From: a virus
IMG/VR virus record: IMGVR_UViG_3300020731_000015
Span: 1-64,000 of that record
DNA length: 64,000 nucleotides
Direction: 5' to 3' (one strand)
This document shows positions 30,866 to 40,491 of the stretch, one piece after another; position 1 is the stretch's first letter, and each line of letters opens with the position of its first letter. The notes under the pieces are model-generated. The model was given only the letters and a program-made list of their open reading frames with translations, was not told where the DNA came from and ran no database searches. Both the position numbers and the translations under genes were made by a program.

Positions 30866-31453
30866 ATGCCTAATTGGTGCTACAACATCGTTGGAATTAC
30901 TGGCGACAAGGAAAAGATAGAAGCCTTGCGTGACAAACTCGGCAAGCCCTACGAGATTAAGGGAGAAACCGTAGAATCACCATTCTCTTTTTGGAACATA
31001 GTCGCACCGACCGACCTCGTGGCTTACAACGAGGTCGTAGGATTCCCCGGTCGTGAGATGAATGACGAACTCGGTTGGTATGGGTGGAACATCAAGAATT
31101 GGGGTTGTAAATGGGACGCGATAGATGCCACCCTTGAGGAACTCCCACAAATCGATGGGCGTATCCACCTCTCGTATCACTTCCAAACTCCTTGGAGTCC
31201 ACCAGAGAAGATTATGGAATGGCTATTTCAGCACGGCAAGGAAAACGGCTTTACCGTCTATTGGCACTACGAGGAAGAACAAGGCTGGGGCGGAGAAAGA
31301 GAACTCCGAGATGGTGAACTCACCGAAGAGACTTGGGATATTCCAAGTAGCCACGCCGAGTATGTGGCGAGGAATCAGGAGTGCTTCTGTGAGTGGGCCG
31401 CACCTGAAGTTGCCTTTCCCGACTGTCCAAAGCCCGAAGAAGCCAACGCCTAA
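30866..31453 (+). CDS. DUF1281/Api92-like ferredoxin-fold protein
   Basis: MPNWCYN, WYGWNIKNWGCKWD, FQTPWSPP. Confidence 0.75.
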   Translation: MPNWCYNIVGITGDKEKIEALRDKLGKPYEIKGETVESPFSFWNIVAPTDLVAYNEVVGFPGREMNDELGWYGWNIKNWGCKWDAIDATLEELPQIDGRIHLSYHFQTPWSPPEKIMEWLFQHGKENGFTVYWHYEEEQGWGGERELRDGELTEETWDIPSSHAEYVARNQECFCEWAAPEVAFPDCPKPEEANA

Positions 31454-31519
31454 CTGGATTTGGGCCTCGCTAGAGGCTAGGCTTACGCCATAGATTTGTA
31501 ATAGTTATAAAGGAGAGAA

Positions 31520-31873
31520 GTGCTTACTCAAGGTGAAGTTCAGGAACGGATTGAGAAGTTAGAGGAACACATTGAGGCATTGACAGACGAGATTCGGGCC
31601 GCTGGTCACGACGCTGCGATTGCTGAAACTGATTACGAAACGGCTTACGCCCAACAACGATTGCTCGCACGATTTAATGCGAACGAAGAGGGTAAGAAAA
31701 TAACCGCCCCCGCCGTTGATGACACTGCTGTTGTAGCAACTAGCGAACTTCGACGCGCGGCGTTGCTTGCTCGCAACAACCTATCCACCTTGCGTGAGGC
31801 TCTAGCGGCCGCCAAAACTAATATGGACGGGCTAAGAACTCTTGCGGCTTCTCACCGAAGCGTTGCCCCATAA
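31520..31873 (+). CDS. coiled-coil hypothetical protein
   Basis: AAGGAG RBS; helical. Confidence 0.55.
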   Translation: MLTQGEVQERIEKLEEHIEALTDEIRAAGHDAAIAETDYETAYAQQRLLARFNANEEGKKITAPAVDDTAVVATSELRRAALLARNNLSTLREALAAAKTNMDGLRTLAASHRSVAP

Positions 31874-32223
31874 ATAACTTGCTTTCGGCGGTAGTTTTTC
31901 CAAACTAGCGTGTTATCGTCAGTGGTGAAGACCACTATGGAAAAGCCACCAATAACCGAGCAAGATATCAAGTTAATTGCCTTAGAAGAGGGTCTTCGCT
32001 CGGCTATCACTTTGGATAACCTACGCTTGGATATGCTGAATCGAGCCGTTCAATGGCTTGAGGAAGAAACTGGTTTGGAAACCTACGAAATCCGGCAAGA
32101 AATAATTTCCCAAAAGGCTGGACAAGTGAAGCGCTCTCTTGATACAATTAAAGCCGTTCGTCATTTACTTCAAGATGATGGGCGAAACTAAACGCATTAC
32201 CTATTAGAGAGAGAGGACTTTCA

Positions 32224-32664
32224 ATGTCCAACGGTGCAAACACCACAGTAGTAGGCAACCTAGTTGCTGACCCAGAAATCAAGTTCTTCACGAGCGGAGA
32301 TGCTTACTGCAACATCACAGTTGCCGTATCCAGCCGCAAGAAGGACGACGCAGGAAACTGGGTTGACGGAGAAGTGTCATATTTTGACGCAACTCTTGTT
32401 GGCTCGCTTGCTGAAAACTTTGTCAACTCGTTGTCAAAGGGAACTCGTGTCTTCGTGACCGGAACCCAGACTCAACGCCATTGGGAAGACAAGGACGGCA
32501 ACAAGCGCAGTTCCTACGGCATCAAGGTTGACTCGGCAGGCCCAGACCTTCGTTGGTCAACTGCTTCTGTCACAAAGGTCGTTCGTGGCGAGGGTGGTGC
32601 TTCCAAGCCCGCTTCAGCACCGGCCGCCACTGCCCAGAGTTCCTTTGACGAGGAGCCCTTTTAA
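32224..32664 (+). CDS. ssb: single-stranded DNA-binding protein
   Basis: VVGNLVADPE, LAEN..SLSKGTRV, acidic tail FDEEPF. Confidence 0.95.
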   Translation: MSNGANTTVVGNLVADPEIKFFTSGDAYCNITVAVSSRKKDDAGNWVDGEVSYFDATLVGSLAENFVNSLSKGTRVFVTGTQTQRHWEDKDGNKRSSYGIKVDSAGPDLRWSTASVTKVVRGEGGASKPASAPAATAQSSFDEEPF

Positions 32665-32889
32665 GGCACAAGGTTGATGGCGGATTCCGTTTGGGAAGCC
32701 TCGGCTGACCCTAAGAACCGCTAATCAAAGAGTTTCCCCTAGACCTAGCGAGTTTCTGGTTTTACCCCTTTTTACCAGAGAACAAGCGAACACACGAAGC
32801 CTTTTGTCTCCTCTTGGCGAGTGAACCGGTCTAGGGGATTTCTCACATAAAAAGTCAATTTCACAACATTTCAGCAAAAAGATGCTGTA

Positions 32890-33318
32890 GTGTTTCCAAA
32901 CGTGACCTTTCCAAACCACGGCGACAATAAAGAAGACGAGTTCGGCTTTACGCCCGACTTCGACTTCCCTGAAACGCCGATTTACCTTGAGTTTGATTTA
33001 TTCAAGGCTTTCTTTGGGTCAGTTTGGAAACAAGATGCTTTATGTAAGACCCCTAACGCCGAGCACTTGGATAAGTTCTATCCCGAAGCCGGGGTTCACG
33101 GTGGGAATCACCTCGCCGCGCCGAGAAAACTTTGTTTGGAATGCCCGGTCCGATACGAGTGTTTGGAAGAGGGAATCGATGAGCCTTTCGGAGTTTGGGG
33201 CGGACATTCGCCAAGTCAACGACGCCGGATTAGTTCAATGCTGAAAAAGGGTAGTAGCCTTATAGAAGCAAGCCAATTTATAGACCAACGGAGTAGAGAT
33301 GCCCGACGACCAGAGTAA
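32890..33318 (+). CDS. whiB: WhiB family transcription factor
   Basis: WKQDALC..FYPE..CLECPVRYECL..GVWGG. Confidence 0.85.
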   Translation: MFPNVTFPNHGDNKEDEFGFTPDFDFPETPIYLEFDLFKAFFGSVWKQDALCKTPNAEHLDKFYPEAGVHGGNHLAAPRKLCLECPVRYECLEEGIDEPFGVWGGHSPSQRRRISSMLKKGSSLIEASQFIDQRSRDARRPE

Positions 33319-34912
33319 GGTAAATAATTACGCCGAACTCGGTGCTTCCGGTCTTTGGCGCACCGGTGGATTCGTCATTGACGATATCCTTCCTCAACTC
33401 CGAGGAAAACAAGCCCTTACTGCTTACCGTGATATGTCGGAGAACGACCCAATCGTGGGTGCGATGCTGTTCGCTATTGAGCGCATTATTCTCCAAGTTG
33501 ACTGGCGTGTTGACCCTTACGATGATGCGACTGGCACAACACCAACTGATGAAGACCGTGCGATAGCGTTGTTTGTCCAAGAGTGTATGGATGATATGAG
33601 TCACTCGTGGCACGAGTTTATGATTGCAATTCTTTCGTTCTTGCCTTACGGCTTTTCTTTCTTCGAGATTGTTTACAAACAGCGCAAGGGGCCGAATCAG
33701 AAAGACCCATCACAGCGCTCTAAGTTCTCCGACAACAAAATCGGTTGGCGAAAGATTGTTATGCGCGCGCAAGACTCCTTGTGGCAGTGGCAATTCGATG
33801 AGAGCGGCGGAATCAAAGCGTTCATTCAGCGCGACCCCACTACTGGTCGCCTCAATGTAATCCCGATTGAAAAGGGTTTGCTGTTCCGCACGACTTCGGC
33901 TCGTGGAAACCCAGAGGGTCGTTCTATTCTTCGCAACGCCTTTAAGTCTTGGTATTACAAGCGTCGTATCGAAGAGTTCGAGGCGGTCGGAGTAGAGCGT
34001 GACCTCGCTGGTTTGCCAGTCGCTTATGTTCCCGCCGAGTGGCTAAGTTCCAACGCCACCCCTGCTGAAAAGATGGCACTACAAGCGATGCAGCAAATCG
34101 TTCGTAATGTCAAGCGCAACGAAACAGAGGGAATCGTTCTCCCTACCTTGTTTGATGAGAACGGCAAGCAACTAATCGACTTTAAGTTGCTGAATAGCGG
34201 TGGAAACCGTCAGTTCAATACCGACCAGATTATTTCTCGCTACAACCAGCAAATCTCAATGACCGTCTTGGCTGACTTCATTATGTTGGGTCACGAGAGC
34301 GTGGGCTCGTTCTCACTAGGAACTTCCAAAGTAGAACTCTTTATGGCCGCCGTTGAGTCGTGGGTTCGCCTAATTGCTGAAGTTATCAATAGCCACGCTA
34401 TTCCTCGCCTAATGAACCTAAACGGATTCGACACCGAGCGTTGCCCCACCCTTTCTTATGGTCAGGTCACAGCCGTTGACCTACAGGAACTCGGCGGATT
34501 CTTGGGAACCCTTACCCAGAACAAGTTGATTACACCAGACAACAACTTGGAAGACTTCCTGCGAGAACTCGCTGGTCTGCCCGATTTTATGTCACAGCCA
34601 GATGGTATGGCCCAAAACCTACGCTACGGCGATGGTGGTCAGTTCGCTCAAGACCAAATTATGCAAGGGAAACACCCCTTTATTGGCGTAAAGGGCGACT
34701 CTTCAGGTGGCGACGACTCAACTGACGGACCAGTTCAGAACCCACAGGGCGGGGTCAACGACCAATCGGGCGGTAGCGGAATCCAATCGGAAATCAGCAG
34801 CCACGGCTATCCCGGTGAGACTGGACAAGTTCCACCATCGGCTAAGGGCAAGACCAAAGACGACAAGGGTATGAACGGCCCTCTAACCAACAATCAAGGC
34901 CCGACTTCGTAA
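33299..34912 (+). CDS. portal protein (Mu gp29/DUF935-like)
   Basis: YRDM..DP, LPYGFSFFEIVY, NPEGRSILR, GVERDLAGLP; position before the protease. Confidence 0.85.
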   Translation: MPDDQSKVNNYAELGASGLWRTGGFVIDDILPQLRGKQALTAYRDMSENDPIVGAMLFAIERIILQVDWRVDPYDDATGTTPTDEDRAIALFVQECMDDMSHSWHEFMIAILSFLPYGFSFFEIVYKQRKGPNQKDPSQRSKFSDNKIGWRKIVMRAQDSLWQWQFDESGGIKAFIQRDPTTGRLNVIPIEKGLLFRTTSARGNPEGRSILRNAFKSWYYKRRIEEFEAVGVERDLAGLPVAYVPAEWLSSNATPAEKMALQAMQQIVRNVKRNETEGIVLPTLFDENGKQLIDFKLLNSGGNRQFNTDQIISRYNQQISMTVLADFIMLGHESVGSFSLGTSKVELFMAAVESWVRLIAEVINSHAIPRLMNLNGFDTERCPTLSYGQVTAVDLQELGGFLGTLTQNKLITPDNNLEDFLRELAGLPDFMSQPDGMAQNLRYGDGGQFAQDQIMQGKHPFIGVKGDSSGGDDSTDGPVQNPQGGVNDQSGGSGIQSEISSHGYPGETGQVPPSAKGKTKDDKGMNGPLTNNQGPTS

Positions 34913-35016
34913 TGAAGCGAATTATGTTTATCAGTCCTAAGTTTGCTAAGAAGCGCAAAAGCGTATTGCGAGTTCAATCACCACTCAAGGCCGCTAGGCG
35001 ACCACGCTCTAACTAA
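34912..35016 (+). CDS. 34-aa highly basic peptide
   Basis: MKRIMFISPKFAKKRKSVLRVQSPLKAARRPRSN, coupled to the portal stop. Confidence 0.4.
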   Translation: MKRIMFISPKFAKKRKSVLRVQSPLKAARRPRSN

Positions 35017-35046
35017 ACAGAGATTTGGAAAGAGTGGGGTAAAGTA

Positions 35047-36951
35047 ATGAACGAACTAACCACAAGGGAGTCGGCCGTGTCACAAGTGAGCATCTTTGAT
35101 GTAGTTGCTGATGTCGCTTTGGGCGACATTATTAAGAACCAGAACCTAAACGCAGATGTGCGTGAGGGTGCTGCCGACCTCTTACGAGAGGGCTACCTCA
35201 CCGCAGATGTTATGGCTGTTTCTAAGGGCGAGGGCGAAATGTCCGTTGTTCTTATTCCCAACGAGGAAGTCAAAGACGAGTCGCCAATTTGGAAAAAGTT
35301 GGCTGGCAAGGTATTTGGCGAAACCGAACTTTCGGCTGGTGCTGAACAGCGTTTGATTTCTCGCAATATCGCTAAGGGCTTGGCTTCCGTGTCACACCCC
35401 TTTGTTAAGAGCGCCAATGCCTTTGGCGGCGTTCACGCTTGCGTAGTCTGTGGCTCAACCGCCGAGACTGATGTATGTGAGCCGCTAGACAAGGCCGTAG
35501 GCTTCCCATTCTCCTTTGCCCCTAGCCCCGTAGAGCCAACTGCTGATATGAACGATGATGGCGCGGTCCAAGTCCAACTCGACCCACAGACAGTTGCCTC
35601 AATTATCGGTGCGGTTCAGACTCCCGACAACACCGATAACTCATCAAGCGAGAGCGAGAGTTCATCTTCATCAAGTAGCAGTAGTAGTTCCTCATCATCT
35701 TCTAGTAGCAGCGACTCCACCGAGGAATCATCTTCCTCAAGCAGTTCCTCTTCCTCATCATCAAGCAGTAGCAGTAGCGACAGCGAATACTCAAGTGCTG
35801 ATGACTCATCAAGTAGTTCCTCTAGTTCGAGTAGTTCCTCATCTTCCTCAAGTTCGAGCAGTTCGTCTTCTTCGTCTAGCGATGATGCGATTCTTGGCGA
35901 CAGTTGGAAAGACGGCCTTGACCCTTGGCAGGTAGAACTTGCTGAAAGCCTTGACGAAATCGTTGAGGATATCGGTCGTATCCCTACTACCGAGGCTAAC
36001 TACACCGACGTCTCTCCATACCAAGCATCCGGCCAGAACTGTAAGAACTGTATTGCTTACGATGGCGGTTGTGACTGGGTAGCCGTTCAGCCAGCCGAGG
36101 GCGGATGGTGCAAGTTCAATATTGTTCCAGTCCTTATCAAGTCTTCTGCTGAAACCGAAGCCTTTATGAAGAACCCATCGGTTTCCAAAGTAGAGAGTAT
36201 GGCTTACGGCGACTTGCCAGAGGACTCAAGCGATTCAGAAGACGAATCCTCAAACCCTTTTGGAATGAGCATTAACGCCGATGGCACTTACGGCGCGCCC
36301 ATTACCGACCCCAACTCTGCCCCTAGCCGTGACTCACTCGCTAGTGGCCCGATGCTGAAATCGCAGCCAAGTTCGGGCTCGGTTCACGTTGACTCAACTT
36401 CTTGGAACGGCAAATACGAGCCAGAGATGCCAGAGAATATGACTATTCTTGACGAGCAGATGCCAGAGCCACTCAACGAGTTTGGTGAAGTCGCAGAAGA
36501 CGAAGACGACAGTATTCCCGGCACTATCCGTAAGGATGCCGACCTGCGCTACACGCTCGGCCCTTGGTATGTTCCATACTCATCAGATGCACACGGCGAA
36601 TGGACCGACCCATCAGAACTTCAGCAAGCCCTTTGGGGTTATGTCCGTTCAGGCGACCGTGATATCCGACTCCAACACAATGTAGATATCGTTGCTGGTG
36701 AGTGGGTAGAGGCTATGACTTGGCCTTACGAAGTGACCTTGCCAATGGTTCAGGCCGGGACTGGTGCTGTTTCCAATACTAAGTTCCCCGCTGGAACCGT
36801 TTTCCTCGGCGTTCTTTGGAAGCCTTGGGCTTGGGAATTGGTGAAGCAAGGAAAGATTGGTGGCTACTCAATGGGTGGCACAGGCGCGGGCGTAGAAGTT
36901 GATATGCCAGCCCCAACCGATATTCCGACTTTCCCTGCTGTTAACAACTAA
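35047..36951 (+). CDS. prohead/maturation serine protease precursor (XkdF-like C-terminal domain) with poly-Ser tract and HiPIP-like domain
   Basis: C-terminal YTLGPWYVP..DAHGEW..LQH..WELVKQGKIGGYSMGG; follows the portal. Confidence 0.8.
   Translation: MNELTTRESAVSQVSIFDVVADVALGDIIKNQNLNADVREGAADLLREGYLTADVMAVSKGEGEMSVVLIPNEEVKDESPIWKKLAGKVFGETELSAGAEQRLISRNIAKGLASVSHPFVKSANAFGGVHACVVCGSTAETDVCEPLDKAVGFPFSFAPSPVEPTADMNDDGAVQVQLDPQTVASIIGAVQTPDNTDNSSSESESSSSSSSSSSSSSSSSSSDSTEESSSSSSSSSSSSSSSSSDSEYSSADDSSSSSSSSSSSSSSSSSSSSSSSSSDDAILGDSWKDGLDPWQVELAESLDEIVEDIGRIPTTEANYTDVSPYQASGQNCKNCIAYDGGCDWVAVQPAEGGWCKFNIVPVLIKSSAETEAFMKNPSVSKVESMAYGDLPEDSSDSEDESSNPFGMSINADGTYGAPITDPNSAPSRDSLASGPMLKSQPSSGSVHVDSTSWNGKYEPEMPENMTILDEQMPEPLNEFGEVAEDEDDSIPGTIRKDADLRYTLGPWYVPYSSDAHGEWTDPSELQQALWGYVRSGDRDIRLQHNVDIVAGEWVEAMTWPYEVTLPMVQAGTGAVSNTKFPAGTVFLGVLWKPWAWELVKQGKIGGYSMGGTGAGVEVDMPAPTDIPTFPAVNN
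35641..35880 (+). repeat. poly-serine low-complexity tract
   Basis: Roughly 80 codons, almost all Ser, using mixed TCN/AGY codons. Confidence 0.9.
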
Positions 36952-37027
36952 TCCCCCTATCTACGACTAGGGTTTTCCAAAGTAGGGGATAGTATCTACC
37001 CAGAAACTTCCCCACTTGGAGGCCGCC

Positions 37028-39343
37028 GTGTCAGAAAACATCTTCTCGCAGATTGAGTCTTGGATTCGCATCGTTAAAGATGCCAACGAGTCGCTCGCAA
37101 CGGTTATGCGACACGACCAAGACCACGACAATTGGCACAGAATGCACGGTGACGCACCTTGCACTTCAGAGGCAGACTGCGCAGCAAAGCGCGCCAAATA
37201 CGCAGAGGTGAAAGACGAGCAGGCAGTCACTAAGGGAGACTTGCCGGGCCACGAGTTCCACGGGAACCAGTACGAGGCTGGAGAGGGCGGTGGTGGAAAT
37301 CTCACCCCCTCTGGGCACCGTCCGTTGAACGAGATTGCTCGTGACATCGAAAAGGTTTGGAATGCGAACAGCAAGAATGGCGTTCACTATACCGCCAAAC
37401 CATACCTAGACGCACTAAAGCAACTCCACGACATCAAAGACAACTATATGTTTGACAGTGCCAAGAGCGTTGTCAACTACTTGCTCTCCAATATGGGAAC
37501 TTTCCGTGGTGAAGGCGCCCCCGAATTAAAAAACGAATTAAAAGCACTGGTCAAACAATACACCGCAGGTAGTGGTGGCGGGAAGACCGCTCAAATCACT
37601 AGTGACTCAAAAACCAAGCCGACCGCAAGCGGCCCAGCAGCAAACCTCGCTAGGACTCACACGAGTATCAACAACGCACTAAAGGCTGCGGTATCAGCAA
37701 ACGGCGACCTCAAAGACTTGATTAGTACTTCTAAGTCATCAAAGACACGGGGCTACTACGGAACCGTTGGTGATGACGACCTTATGTGGGGAACACACCT
37801 AGACCTCAAGGACGCCCACGAAAAGTTGGCCGCCTTGCACACACGCGCCGCAACACAGGCAACCAAAGTTGGCGACACGGAACTAGCAAACGCTCATATT
37901 CAGGCGGCCAATGCTCACCGTTTGGCTGCTGAAACGGCAAACGACCGCCGTAATCGTGGTGGCGACACCACCCCTAGCCAAGCAGAAGTCAAGGAAGCGC
38001 AAGACACCGCTAGAAAGAGCGCTCGTGCTATTTCGGCCTCGCAGAAAATCCTAGATGGCTCGAAGACCGCTCAAATCACCAGCGATTCGCAAACTAGAAG
38101 CGGAACATCCAATGTAAAGTTTGGACCATCTGAAACAAGCAAGATGCGTAGCGAGGCTGCTCGCCTTTCCAACCAAGTTCTTCACAAAGAAGACGCAGAG
38201 ACAGATGCGCACGTTGCTCACATCGAACTCGCTAATAGCCACGCTAACGCCGCTAGGAGTGCTAGGGAAGATGGGCTAAACAAATTAGCCAACGCTCACC
38301 AGAACGCTGCGAACGCTCACGCTAATGCTGCTGTTGCCACTACTTTGGGTGGCGACAACTACCCCAAACTCGCTCAAGCCGCTGGTGTTGCGACTGCTAA
38401 GGCCGACAACATCAACTACGAGCGCCCTATCAATGACGGAATTGCTGGTGGCATTATCGCTAGTGACTCGCAGACCAAGCCAAGCACAAGTGGCTTGGCT
38501 GACCGTGCTAACGACTTGGCAGAAAACGCCGAGCGAATGGAGCCAGAAGAGGTCGCCCAAGAACACGATGAAATCGCACAGGGCCACAAGGATGCCGCTA
38601 GCGATGCTAAGGCGGCCCTAGACACTTTTAAGGCAGAAAACGAAAAGAATCCAGTTGTTTCAGCAGACAAGCACATCGCTGACCTGCAAAACGAGATTGA
38701 CGCACACAAGCAAGCGGCCGAAGAGCACGAAATGGCCGCCGATAGCCAAAGAGCCTCTGCGGGAAATAACTATGAATATCAAGAAGCCGCTCAAGGTGCT
38801 ACTGACTCGGCTGCTGATGCTTCGGTTAGGGCCACTAAAGCATCGGATATTGCTAGTGGAACTATTACTAAGGCCGACCAAATGGGCCACGAGTTCCGAG
38901 GCAACCAATATTCACAAGGACAAGGTGGCGGTTCAGCACCAGCGCGCCGTGTAGATGAGGGTCGTTGGAATCCCGGCGACTGGAATCCCGGCGACCACCC
39001 GGTTTTGCCACTACACCCCGACTTCCCCGAACACCGAGTAGGAAGCCCATTCCAAACTAATCAGTGGGAGCCGCCAATACACAGAACGCCGGATGCGCCC
39101 TACACCACTAGGCCAACTATTTCACCAGACGGCCATCAAGAACCCGAAGCAGGCAATCCTTTCCGCTCTAACCAATGGCACCCAGATGGAACTCGCCTAC
39201 ACGGAATGCCAGAAATCACACAACCAGAACAAGGGCCATCTACTCATCAAGAGGGTGGCGTGGGAAACCGATTCAACCCCACTAGCCCAAGCAAAGTTCT
39301 AGATTACTTGCGCTCCAAGTATAGAGCCCGTGACAATGGCTAA
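37028..39343 (+). CDS. tagged polyprotein (W-leader, 2 tags, His/Ala helical modules)
   Basis: IFSQIESWIRIVK leader; tags at 37232 and 38870; TAQITSDS repeats. Confidence 0.75.
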   Translation: MSENIFSQIESWIRIVKDANESLATVMRHDQDHDNWHRMHGDAPCTSEADCAAKRAKYAEVKDEQAVTKGDLPGHEFHGNQYEAGEGGGGNLTPSGHRPLNEIARDIEKVWNANSKNGVHYTAKPYLDALKQLHDIKDNYMFDSAKSVVNYLLSNMGTFRGEGAPELKNELKALVKQYTAGSGGGKTAQITSDSKTKPTASGPAANLARTHTSINNALKAAVSANGDLKDLISTSKSSKTRGYYGTVGDDDLMWGTHLDLKDAHEKLAALHTRAATQATKVGDTELANAHIQAANAHRLAAETANDRRNRGGDTTPSQAEVKEAQDTARKSARAISASQKILDGSKTAQITSDSQTRSGTSNVKFGPSETSKMRSEAARLSNQVLHKEDAETDAHVAHIELANSHANAARSAREDGLNKLANAHQNAANAHANAAVATTLGGDNYPKLAQAAGVATAKADNINYERPINDGIAGGIIASDSQTKPSTSGLADRANDLAENAERMEPEEVAQEHDEIAQGHKDAASDAKAALDTFKAENEKNPVVSADKHIADLQNEIDAHKQAAEEHEMAADSQRASAGNNYEYQEAAQGATDSAADASVRATKASDIASGTITKADQMGHEFRGNQYSQGQGGGSAPARRVDEGRWNPGDWNPGDHPVLPLHPDFPEHRVGSPFQTNQWEPPIHRTPDAPYTTRPTISPDGHQEPEAGNPFRSNQWHPDGTRLHGMPEITQPEQGPSTHQEGGVGNRFNPTSPSKVLDYLRSKYRARDNG

Positions 39344-40487
39344 TGACTTCTTTGCTGAAATAGAGGCGTGGGTTCGTATTGCTAAGGCAAAGCCCGACTA
39401 CACCGAGTTGATTTCAGACCGCAAAGGCGAGCCTGACAACCAGAAGTTATACGACCAAGTAAAGGCCGATGCCCAGAAGAAGTTTGATGTCTATCCATCA
39501 GCAGTGGCAAACGGCTGGGTCGTTCAGGAATACAAGCGTCGTGGCGGAACATACTCCAAGCCAGTAGCCAAAGGCGACTTACCGGGTCACGAGTTTCGAG
39601 GAAACCAATATGCGTCGGCTGGCGGAACGGCACAAATCACTAGCGAATCACAGACCGCACCACTAAACGCTGCTAGTGCTGCGAAAGACCTCGCTACTAA
39701 GGCAAACGACCTTTACGAGAAGAACCAGATTGACAAGTTCGACAAGACTATGCCCGCTAGTGTCGCTTCCAAGATTGGAAAAGACCATTGGGATATGGCT
39801 ATCGAACACCAAAAAGAAGCAGAGCGTTTGTCAAACGAAGACGAGACTCACCTCAACTCTGAAATCGGTCACGCCGACGCTTCTGATGAGCACTACAACG
39901 CCGCTAAACGGTGGGGCGTAGTTGCCGATATGCTGAATGGCACATACGGCCCAAGTCAACTCAATGTTGATAGCGCTATCGCTGCGGCCAAAGAAGCATC
40001 TGGCTCTGCTACTGATGCCTCTTCTAACATTATCCCAGAAGCGGCTCACGAAGACACTATTGCTCAAAACGGCGGTCCAAATGTCGCTAAGCCACTATAC
40101 GGTTTTAGTGTCAAAAACGCAGGAAACATCAAGAGCGATGTCGAGGCGAGTTATATCGCTTCTGCCCTCCACGAACACCTAGTAATAGGTGCTGGACACC
40201 CAGACGACACAGAAGTTCGCACCCCAGCGGATTACAAAGTGGGTGCGAGTCAGCACTATCAGTTGGCCCAGTATTACGCAGGGAAAGCACAAAGCGGCCC
40301 ACAGAAAGCCGAATACCAAAAGGCTGCTGATGCTCACATTGCTGCGTATAAAGCCTGTGAAAAAGCGGCTAGTGCTGGAACGAAAGAGCCATCAAAGGCA
40401 AGCGTGGCTGCCGTTGCTGACACAGCGAGGGTTGCCGATAGGGCATCGTTTAATCTGGGCGAAACCTATATGAACAATAGAAAGTAA
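39336..40487 (+). CDS. tagged polyprotein (W-leader, small PSA..YKRRGG domain, tag, His/Ala modules)
   Basis: DFFAEIEAWVRIAK; tag at 39570. Confidence 0.75.
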   Translation: MANDFFAEIEAWVRIAKAKPDYTELISDRKGEPDNQKLYDQVKADAQKKFDVYPSAVANGWVVQEYKRRGGTYSKPVAKGDLPGHEFRGNQYASAGGTAQITSESQTAPLNAASAAKDLATKANDLYEKNQIDKFDKTMPASVASKIGKDHWDMAIEHQKEAERLSNEDETHLNSEIGHADASDEHYNAAKRWGVVADMLNGTYGPSQLNVDSAIAAAKEASGSATDASSNIIPEAAHEDTIAQNGGPNVAKPLYGFSVKNAGNIKSDVEASYIASALHEHLVIGAGHPDDTEVRTPADYKVGASQHYQLAQYYAGKAQSGPQKAEYQKAADAHIAAYKACEKAASAGTKEPSKASVAAVADTARVADRASFNLGETYMNNRK

Positions 40488-40491
40488 AACA

